Source: a virus (lineage: Duplodnaviria; Caudoviricetes). From it: a DNA stretch of 64,000 nucleotides. Shown here piece by piece: positions 56,467 to 64,000 of the stretch. Under the pieces are notes generated by a model, which made no database searches, had not been told where the DNA came from, and saw only the letters and a list, made by a program, of their open reading frames with translations. The stretch is taken from IMG/VR virus record IMGVR_UViG_3300021093_000004. The stretch is one strand, 5' to 3'. A program made the position numbers and the translations under genes. Each line of letters starts with the position of its first letter. The stretch's first letter is position 1.

Positions 56467-58572
56467 ATGAGATCCTTCATGAAAACGATTCAGAAAATGC
56501 GTGATCGTGGCTTTGCTGAAGCCGCTAACAATTTGACACTTGCTCAACTGTCCGATCTGCTTGACAAAGCAGATATTCGATATTACCGTCCCGGCCTACA
56601 GCCAATCATGGCTGATTCTGAGTACGATCTTCTCAAGCAGAAATTGCAAGAGATTGATCCGGAAAATGAACGTCTGACTCGCGTCGGGTCTCCATACTCA
56701 ATTGACGATCTCCGGACGAAAGTGACCCACAATATCCCCATGGGGTCGCTGGACAATACCGACGAAGGCATCCTTGGATTACAGGACTGGATCGACACGC
56801 TTCAAAAGAAATTGAATCATATTCCCGCGATTTTCGCATCGTTGAAAATCGATGGTGGTAGTATCTGTGCGACGTACCAAAATGGCGAGCTGGTGCGTGT
56901 GGCTACACGAGGGAATGGCGAAGTCGGGGATGACATTACTGCCAATGGTGTGAACTTTATAGATCTGCCGACGCAGCTTCCAGAACCTCTTAATCTCGAT
57001 GTTCGTGGAGAGGCTATTCTGTACAAAGCCGATTTTGACGAAATTTGCGACCGCGATCAGATCCCGGTCGCAGATCGCAGTAACCCACGGAACGTTGGTA
57101 ACGGAATTTTAGGCCGCGACGACGGTCAAGACAGTGACCGATTGCGTTTTATCGCTTTCAATATGGAGGGCGAGTCGGTTCCAACCGAAATGGCGAAAAT
57201 GGAGAGATTGAAGGCTCTCGGATTTCAGCCGGTTCCACACAAGCTCTGCCAAGGTCTCGACACATTCACGGCGTTCTACGATGGAGTTATTGGTAAGCGT
57301 GACCAACTGCCGTTTGAAATCGATGGTATCGTTGTTGTGGTCAACGAGATTGCTCAACAGCAACCATTTATCACCAAGGATATCAAGACCCGCCTGCGAC
57401 CGAAATATGCTCGTGCGGTCAAATTCCCGCATAAATCAAACACGACCGAACTGATCGATGTGCTGTTGACTGTCGGACACACCAGAGCCATCATCCCAAC
57501 TGCCGTGCTAAAGGAAGTCCGCATTGGCGGTGTCAATGTCTCACACGCATTGCTCAACAATTGGGACGAAATTGCTCGCCTCAACATTGCTATTGGTGAC
57601 GAAGTTGAAGTCGTCTTGGCTGGTGATATCATTCCGAAGGTCATCAGAAGGGTAAAGGTCGGGACGAATCGAAAACCAATTGCAGAACCACATCGTTGCC
57701 CGGCGTGCGGGGACGTGGCAAGCCGTGAATATCGTGGGAAGAAAGGTGCGAACACATACTGTGCTAACCCCACCTGCCATGCGGCTGCTCTGGCGAAGGT
57801 CAGTCATTGGATTGGAACATCCAAAAAAGGTGTTGGTATCCTTGGGATCGGCGATACGATTTTAAAAGTATTGTGGGATATGAACCTGATCCAAAATCCG
57901 TCTGATTTGTATACTCTAACTGTAGAGCAAATTCAGGATATGAAATTGGATGGTGATGTGCGAATTGGCAAATCGCGAGCGACCCAAATCATTGCCAATA
58001 TCAACGGGAAAAAGAGACTCCCGTTGCATACGTTCCTTGGCTCGCTTGGGATTGACCTATTAGGCAGGCGGCGAGTGAAGATTCTTGCTGATGCATCTGG
58101 TGGTAGGTTGACCAAACTGAAACATTGGCTTGATCGTGAACTCTTGACCACGATCGAATTGCCGGGGTTCGGTGATACAATTCGTGACGCAATCGTCGAT
58201 GGTATTGACGAGAATCGTGCACTGATTGAAAAGCTGCTATCGGTCGGGGTTGAGATTGAAGGTGAAGGAAGTAACACTGAAGCCGCCCCCGTTGAAAATG
58301 GGAACGAGCCGAGTGCTGATAGGCTTTTTGTTGGTTATTCATTTTGTTTGACCGGTACTCGTGCTTATCAGGACGATATCGTGCGTCTCGGTGGGGAGTT
58401 GAAAAGCGGTGTATCTAAGGGTCTGACGTTTTTGGTTCAAGCAGATCCGCTCAGCACTTCGAACAAGACGAAAAAAGCTGAGGAATACGGAACAGCGATA
58501 ATTTCTCTTGAGTATTTAAAGCAAGCCATTGATGGGCTTGTTGTGCTTGAACCTATGAACGCACCCGTATGA
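56467..58572 (+). CDS. ligA: NAD-dependent DNA ligase
   Basis: YY...D.EYD, MGSLDN, KIDG, TRGNGEVGDDIT, NPRN, IDGIVV, AVKF, CPAC zinc finger, BRCT C-terminus. Confidence 0.97.
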   Translation: MRSFMKTIQKMRDRGFAEAANNLTLAQLSDLLDKADIRYYRPGLQPIMADSEYDLLKQKLQEIDPENERLTRVGSPYSIDDLRTKVTHNIPMGSLDNTDEGILGLQDWIDTLQKKLNHIPAIFASLKIDGGSICATYQNGELVRVATRGNGEVGDDITANGVNFIDLPTQLPEPLNLDVRGEAILYKADFDEICDRDQIPVADRSNPRNVGNGILGRDDGQDSDRLRFIAFNMEGESVPTEMAKMERLKALGFQPVPHKLCQGLDTFTAFYDGVIGKRDQLPFEIDGIVVVVNEIAQQQPFITKDIKTRLRPKYARAVKFPHKSNTTELIDVLLTVGHTRAIIPTAVLKEVRIGGVNVSHALLNNWDEIARLNIAIGDEVEVVLAGDIIPKVIRRVKVGTNRKPIAEPHRCPACGDVASREYRGKKGANTYCANPTCHAAALAKVSHWIGTSKKGVGILGIGDTILKVLWDMNLIQNPSDLYTLTVEQIQDMKLDGDVRIGKSRATQIIANINGKKRLPLHTFLGSLGIDLLGRRRVKILADASGGRLTKLKHWLDRELLTTIELPGFGDTIRDAIVDGIDENRALIEKLLSVGVEIEGEGSNTEAAPVENGNEPSADRLFVGYSFCLTGTRAYQDDIVRLGGELKSGVSKGLTFLVQADPLSTSNKTKKAEEYGTAIISLEYLKQAIDGLVVLEPMNAPV

Positions 58573-59417
58573 ACGATTGGTTTCAGCCACGAAGGGTTAT
58601 TGAAAAAGCAATAAATGGGGCATTGAAATCGTCAATCAATGCCCATGGCCCTATAAATCTCGATAATATATCTAGTGCCTCGAAGCGGGTATATTCAACG
58701 CTTCGGGGTATTCGTAAATCTTCAAGCCAACCAGTTGAGCGAGCGGTTCGGATTGAACTTCAATTATCGCGTGGAGCGGTATGTTCATTTACTGTTCAGC
58801 TTAAATTCTTGTATGCTCCACAGACACACGATTTTCTTGTGTTTGAATCTAACGCACAAATTACTACAAAAATCTCACATATCTGCCATTATTTCAAGCA
58901 ATCTGGGAATCTTATTCTAACAGAACCAATAATATGTGAATCGTATGACGGGTTACTGTTAGCTCTTGATTGGTTTAAAGCGAATTTTATGCTGACTGAT
59001 ATTAAGTCAGACGACAATCCACAATCCTATTACATATTCTATAGATCTCTTTTACAGTTATTGAAGCGATCTAAGGAGGTTGATCCGCGTATTAATTTAG
59101 ATCCTACAGCGATAAAGATATTCGCTGAATCATGTCGAGCTATTCTCTTAGCTGAAATTGGTGGTGGTAGTGACGACATTACTAATTTTAATCCTGCCAT
59201 TGAGGATTTACATAGATTAATATTATTTAAAAAGTTAGAGGAACCCGATGGGGTTAGAATGCTTCTGGTTGTTAAGGAATGGGAACAGCGATTCAATCAG
59301 ACTGGCAAATTACAATGGACCGCATCGCTCCAACAATGTCAGCAAGCCGCACGGTTGGTGTTCGGGAAGATAAGATCAATTCCGACTCATGAGTTACCAG
59401 ATTTCGGAGATGGGTAA
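58569..59417 (+). CDS. hypothetical protein
   Basis: ATGA-coupled, 282 aa. Confidence 0.7.
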   Translation: MNDWFQPRRVIEKAINGALKSSINAHGPINLDNISSASKRVYSTLRGIRKSSSQPVERAVRIELQLSRGAVCSFTVQLKFLYAPQTHDFLVFESNAQITTKISHICHYFKQSGNLILTEPIICESYDGLLLALDWFKANFMLTDIKSDDNPQSYYIFYRSLLQLLKRSKEVDPRINLDPTAIKIFAESCRAILLAEIGGGSDDITNFNPAIEDLHRLILFKKLEEPDGVRMLLVVKEWEQRFNQTGKLQWTASLQQCQQAARLVFGKIRSIPTHELPDFGDG

Positions 59418-60658
59418 TGACTGTGATATATGGCACAATTGTAGATGATGCTGTTTATAAAGGAGTCATTGAATTTGGTACAAAAATCACCAAAACATAT
59501 CCATGTGAATCTTCGCCTCCACATGCTCGTGTCTATTCCGATGATTATCTGATTTTCCCAGGATTTATTGACATCAATACCCATTGTCGAGAGGATACTA
59601 GCGGAGTCGAGACCCACAAAGAATGTTATCAGACCGCTGGCATGGCGGCATTAAATGGCGGCGTGACTTATATTGCCGATATGCCAGATAATCACATCCC
59701 TACAGTTGATGCTGAAACATATGCGGCAAAACAGGAATTAGCGAAAAAATGCCCAATCGATGTGTTATTATATGCCGGAATTGGACCAAAAACTTCGCCA
59801 TTTTCCAAACATGTGCCATATAATGTGTACATGGGGCCAAATGTCGGTAATTTGTTTTTCAGAGATCAACATGAATTAGATGTGGCTCTCGAACGTTATC
59901 GTAATATGTCTGTCAGTTTCCATTGTGAATGTCCGGTCATGTTGAATCGTTGCAAGAACGAATCGAAGCATGAAGCACGCCGCCCACAGATTTGTGAAAC
60001 GGACGCGATCAATTTTGCGATTGGTTTAATAAGCAAATACCGGTTGCAAGGGAAGATTTGTCAAGTTTCCACTGTTGCTAGTTTGAATTCGATTGATAGC
60101 ATTCGCAGGTCCGGTGTTCACGTATATGCTGAGATTACTCCGCATCACCTGTTTTTCAATCTTGATATGATTAAGCCAGAGAATCGGCCATTTCTTCAGA
60201 CAAACCCGCCCTTGAGAACAAAAGCGGACGCCGAAGCCCTTTTACAAGCATTGAGGCGTGGTGAGTTTGAATTCTTGGCTTCTGGTCATGCTCCGCATAC
60301 CGTCGCAGAGAAGATGACAAATGTTTCCGGAATTCCACATTTAGACACATATGGTGGCTTTGTGTCTTGGCTGATTTCTGCAGGAAATGTCGATCCAATC
60401 AGGATATTCAGAATGTGTTGCATGCTGCCCGGTCAATGGATCAATCAATTTACGGGCAGGAAAGTCGGTCGGATTTTGCCGGATTACGAGGCTTCAATTA
60501 CAATATTGAATATGACAAAATCAGTCGCAGATAGTCGTGGATTGTATACTAGATGTAATTGGAGTCCGTTTGATTTGCGGAAACTTCCCGGTTCTGTGGA
60601 GACGGTTTATTTGAAGGGGGAGAAGGTTGTCGATGGTGCTTATATGAAAAATTTCTAG
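59417..60658 (+). CDS. dihydroorotase-like amidohydrolase, probably catalytically degenerate
   Basis: PGFID, AALNGGVT...DMP, FHCE, EITPHHL, NPPLR, HAPH; metal ligands altered. Confidence 0.85.
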   Translation: MTVIYGTIVDDAVYKGVIEFGTKITKTYPCESSPPHARVYSDDYLIFPGFIDINTHCREDTSGVETHKECYQTAGMAALNGGVTYIADMPDNHIPTVDAETYAAKQELAKKCPIDVLLYAGIGPKTSPFSKHVPYNVYMGPNVGNLFFRDQHELDVALERYRNMSVSFHCECPVMLNRCKNESKHEARRPQICETDAINFAIGLISKYRLQGKICQVSTVASLNSIDSIRRSGVHVYAEITPHHLFFNLDMIKPENRPFLQTNPPLRTKADAEALLQALRRGEFEFLASGHAPHTVAEKMTNVSGIPHLDTYGGFVSWLISAGNVDPIRIFRMCCMLPGQWINQFTGRKVGRILPDYEASITILNMTKSVADSRGLYTRCNWSPFDLRKLPGSVETVYLKGEKVVDGAYMKNF

Positions 60659-61194
60659 AATTTCTTTGTCGGATCGACATTTGGGAGATCTTCTTCTGCG
60701 GCTTTGATTAAGCCTTTCCCGTTTTTTGCTGTGCCTTTAAGTAAATGTTTAGCTTGGCTATTATTTACCTCTCCTCCAAGGTTTGAGAGGGAGCTAATAT
60801 ATCCTTCTGGTCCTAGCGACACTTTCAATTTGTCTCTTAGCGGTTTGCTCAGAGCAGTCTTTTGGAGAGGCGTTCCTTTGGCTTTTCTTGGGTCAACATC
60901 GTACAAGGACGCTGATACCGTTGGCGATGTGAGAGACTTTAAGAAGGCCCAATCCTTGGCTCTGGATGCCGTTTCTGGTGCAGCCCCAGCCTGTTTAATG
61001 GCACTATCGACAACCCACTTCGTTTGTTCCCATCCTCTGGCGGTTGGTTTTTGAAGGAATGCTTGCATCGCTTGTGCCTCTGCACTTTTGGGGTCGAAGC
61101 TGGTGTTGATATATTGTATGAGATCCCCGATCGCGTTGGCGGAATCGCGGATTGGTTCGTCTGATTTTGCTTCTGCGATAGTTCTGAGTTTCAT
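60655..61194 (-). CDS. hypothetical protein (MKLRTIAEA N-terminus)
   Basis: 179 aa ATG ORF. Confidence 0.7.
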   Translation of the reverse strand: MKLRTIAEAKSDEPIRDSANAIGDLIQYINTSFDPKSAEAQAMQAFLQKPTARGWEQTKWVVDSAIKQAGAAPETASRAKDWAFLKSLTSPTVSASLYDVDPRKAKGTPLQKTALSKPLRDKLKVSLGPEGYISSLSNLGGEVNNSQAKHLLKGTAKNGKGLIKAAEEDLPNVDPTKKF

Positions 61195-61266
61195 ACAATA
61201 GCTTTGTCGAATAAATATGCTTGTTATGTGTTAGCTACGTAGATACAATCATTGGAGAATGAACGA

Positions 61267-62238
61267 ATGTCATGTCAGAAACGAGCATTGATTAGCGGTA
61301 TTACCGGGCAGGATGGGTCGTATCTGGCTGAATTGTTACTGTCGAAGGGATATGAAGTCCACGGTTTAGTTCGGAGGATCAGTTCACCGAATTTTGAGCG
61401 AATTCAGCCATTTATCAATTTGGTCACATTACATCAAGCTGATATTCTTGATCAATCATCGCTCATCCGGCTCGTCTCCGAAGTTCAACCAGATGAAATT
61501 TATAATCTGGCATCTCAATCATTTGTGCCGGAAAGCTGGAAGAGTCCTCTTGCCACTTCGGAGATGACTGGTTTAGGGGTTACTCGATTTCTAGAAGCAG
61601 TGCGGTATTCTGGAAAACCGATTAAATTTTATCAGGCAAGTTCGAGTGAAATGTTCGGTAAAGTTCAGGCGATGCCACAAACTGAACAAACGCCGTACTA
61701 TCCAAGAAGCCCGTACGGTGTCTCCAAATTATATGGCCATTGGATGACTGTTAATTATCGAGAAAGTTTCGATATTTTCGCTGCATCTGGAATATTATTC
61801 AATCATGAAAGCCCACGACGTGGCTTAGAATTTGTCACCAGAAAGATCACGAATGCTGTTGCCAGAATCAAGCTGAAGAAACAAGAAAAATTAATGCTTG
61901 GTAATCTGGAAGCGAAGCGTGATTGGGGATTTGCGGGTGACTATGTTCGGGCTATGTGGATGATGCTCCAACAAGGTGTGCCTGATGATTACGTGATCGC
62001 TACTGGAATTGCTCATAGTGTTCGAGACTTTGTTGCAGCCGCGTTCGCTAGGGTTGATCTCGATTGGAATAAATATGTCGAGATCGATCCTAAGTTGTTT
62101 CGCCCGGCTGAAGTCCACGTATTGTGTGGAGATGCGACGAAAGCTAAGACCCAACTCGGATGGGAACCTGAAACGAGTTTAGAGCAATTAGTCGCGATGA
62201 TGGTAGATCACGATTTGGTATTGGAATCCAAGTCGTAA
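61267..62238 (+). CDS. gmd: GDP-mannose 4,6-dehydratase
   Basis: [54 protein letters not shown]. Confidence 0.97.
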   Translation: MSCQKRALISGITGQDGSYLAELLLSKGYEVHGLVRRISSPNFERIQPFINLVTLHQADILDQSSLIRLVSEVQPDEIYNLASQSFVPESWKSPLATSEMTGLGVTRFLEAVRYSGKPIKFYQASSSEMFGKVQAMPQTEQTPYYPRSPYGVSKLYGHWMTVNYRESFDIFAASGILFNHESPRRGLEFVTRKITNAVARIKLKKQEKLMLGNLEAKRDWGFAGDYVRAMWMMLQQGVPDDYVIATGIAHSVRDFVAAAFARVDLDWNKYVEIDPKLFRPAEVHVLCGDATKAKTQLGWEPETSLEQLVAMMVDHDLVLESKS

Positions 62239-62312
62239 ACCGTGTGCGGGTTGGCCATCCGCATGAGCACACTTGGTAAGTCGGCCCCTTACTTTGTTCG
62301 AGGAAAAATTTC

Positions 62313-62768
62313 ATGAAGTGCGGTCTGTTTGCTTTGGCGTTGGTCGCTACGATGCTCGTGAGCGATTCAGCAGAAGCCTGTGGTCTTGGTGGCTTGTTCG
62401 GCGGTCGATTTTCCTGCCGCGAGCGAGTGGTCGTCCGTAACGGTTGTGGGATGTTAAATCGTGGCTGTAATCAGAGCCAATCTTGCTGTCAGCCGTTTTG
62501 TGAAGCACGAGCAGTCATTCGTAAGCGAGTAGTCGTCCGTGACGGCTTTGGGATTTTAGGCCTTTGGATTCTGAATTGCAACGGCGGTCAATGCGTTCTT
62601 CCAGCCGCACCAACAGTAGTCGCACCAGCCACAACCGTGCCTGCACCTACACAGGTTCCTGCTCCGGTTGAGAAGAGTGTTCCGACTCCAGAACCAACGC
62701 CAGCCCCGGTTGGGCTGATTTATCAGAGTTTCGGCCCTGTGATCGGGTTCAATATCACTTCGAAGTGA
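62313..62768 (+). CDS. secreted Cys/Gly-rich protein with Pro/Thr-rich tail
   Basis: Signal peptide ending SAEA, Cys-rich middle, PAPT/PEPT linker. Confidence 0.7.
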   Translation: MKCGLFALALVATMLVSDSAEACGLGGLFGGRFSCRERVVVRNGCGMLNRGCNQSQSCCQPFCEARAVIRKRVVVRDGFGILGLWILNCNGGQCVLPAAPTVVAPATTVPAPTQVPAPVEKSVPTPEPTPAPVGLIYQSFGPVIGFNITSK

Positions 62769-62929
62769 ATACGGAAGTTGCACGGCAACTACCTTTACCG
62801 CTCAGCGAGGCTAGGGTATTCGCAGAGCGTTTAACACTTAATTGCACTAGACCAACTTCACGCAAAAATAGATTGTGATAACCGAAACCTCGGTAATCAG
62901 GTAATTGGTCCCATAAGGAGGATAGTGCA

Positions 62930-63328
62930 ATGGCTGCTCAACCAGCTAACACCGAGATCAAGGTGTTCCGGACAGTTCGATCCTTCCGGCAAATGCACAG
63001 ACATGAATCTGTGGCCGCTTTGATCAAGCGACTCCGGCCATTGGTCATGAGTGTGCCTGCCGAAGAGATCCTCGTCGAGGTCAAATCTCGCGACACGAAT
63101 ACGATGGACATGTCGCCATACATGGGCGAAGCTCGTCACAACGCCAGTCGTGGTTTTCCAATCGTCATCGGACTCAAGAGTCAGGTGTCGTTTGCGAATG
63201 CTCAGACCAATATGGCGAGTGTGGACTTCGCATTCCAGGTTGGTCACGACAAGTTCATCACCCACACCGAAGCCGGCCTCACTGGTGATCTTCACCAGGA
63301 TGCTCGCGATCTGACGGCTGACCTGTAA
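62930..63328 (+). CDS. hypothetical protein, probably highly expressed
   Basis: TAAGGAGG SD, C-ending codon bias, strong downstream hairpin. Confidence 0.8.
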   Translation: MAAQPANTEIKVFRTVRSFRQMHRHESVAALIKRLRPLVMSVPAEEILVEVKSRDTNTMDMSPYMGEARHNASRGFPIVIGLKSQVSFANAQTNMASVDFAFQVGHDKFITHTEAGLTGDLHQDARDLTADL

Positions 63329-63356
63329 TCAGTCGTTTAACACCCTCGGATGTTCT

Positions 63357-63390
63357 ACACTGGCCCGGTGATACCTCACCGGGCCAGTGT
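63357..63390 (+). terminator. perfect 15-bp hairpin
   Basis: acactggcccggtga-tacc-tcaccgggccagtgt; no U-tract. Confidence 0.65.
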
Positions 63391-63439
63391 CGTATACAAA
63401 GATAATATGTCTATTTTAGGCAATATTGGAGATAAATAA

Positions 63440-63988
63440 ATGCCCGCAACAGTTGTAATATACCGGTGGACGGGATCTTCGGGATCTCCAACTAAGACGG
63501 CTATTCAGAGCGCGAACACTGTTGCAAACGCGACTGACACTCACCAAGCAACAGCCGCTGGTAGCTCGAACCCAATCAGAATTCCCGCTGCTGGTACTAA
63601 ATACAGCTTCTGGGTAGTCACTCGATTGAATGCCACGGTTACACCTTCCGGCACAATCGACAATATTGGCTGGCACACCGATGGTACCAACAACTTTGGT
63701 ACCGGCGTTACATGCTCTGGTAATTCGGCCACATCATATGTGCAGGCAACCGGAACAGCCGGTGACACGGGGAACCAATTAACCACTGGTAACTATGCAA
63801 CAGTGACAACGCCTGTTAGCGTCTTCACCTTTACATCCGGTTCTCCGAAAGCTGTTACCGGCTCGCTCACGAATCCGTCAACCGGCGACTTCGGTGACTT
63901 TTTCGTCTATCAGATCGAAGTTGGAACATCAGCATCGCCCGGCGTGACTGCACAAGAAACATTTACTTGGCTCTTTGACGAAACCTAA
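63440..63988 (+). CDS. putative virion structural protein
   Basis: Thr/Gly/Ser-rich, beta-type composition, terminal aromatic motif FTWLFDET. Confidence 0.6.
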   Translation: MPATVVIYRWTGSSGSPTKTAIQSANTVANATDTHQATAAGSSNPIRIPAAGTKYSFWVVTRLNATVTPSGTIDNIGWHTDGTNNFGTGVTCSGNSATSYVQATGTAGDTGNQLTTGNYATVTTPVSVFTFTSGSPKAVTGSLTNPSTGDFGDFFVYQIEVGTSASPGVTAQETFTWLFDET

Positions 63989-64000
63989 GAGGATGTCATG

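Noticed and set aside
62240-62292. Alternative hairpins with GGCC loops after gmd
   Set aside because: Short, mutually overlapping stems; cannot be distinguished from chance without covariation
1-64000. Eukaryotic giant virus or bacterial chromosome origin
   Set aside because: SD motifs, sigma factors and the gp32/gp41/UvsY/gp46-47 set, with scattered single metabolic genes, fit a large phage better

Overview
This 64 kb window reads as part of a large (jumbo-type) tailed bacteriophage genome. It is densely coded in genetic code 11 with Shine-Dalgarno signals. It carries T4-superfamily replication and recombination genes (gp32-like SSB, gp41/DnaB helicase, UvsY, gp46/47-like SbcCD, FEN, Holliday resolvase), a bacterial-type RecA, an NAD-dependent ligase, GroES, ACP, two divergent sigma factors, an actin-fold ATPase and many glycan-modifying enzymes. 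Five things stand out. (1) An adenylosuccinate synthetase homolog carries the PurZ (2-aminoadenine, Z-base) signature and ends a run of overlapping genes that includes a nucleoside deoxyribosyltransferase-like and a DeoC-like gene, with no DatZ/MazZ visible in the window. (2) A family C polymerase (DnaE) is split into two intein-free genes with a duplicated segment, alongside a minimal PolA-like gene. (3) A tRNA-like RNA has two hairpins inserted in its D-loop. (4) A eukaryote-like ppGalNAc-T fold follows a collagen/poly-Pro fibre gene. (5) Several enzymes appear to have lost catalytic residues (DeoC, PyrC, RNase H). All family assignments come from motif recognition by eye; no searches or folding programs were run.
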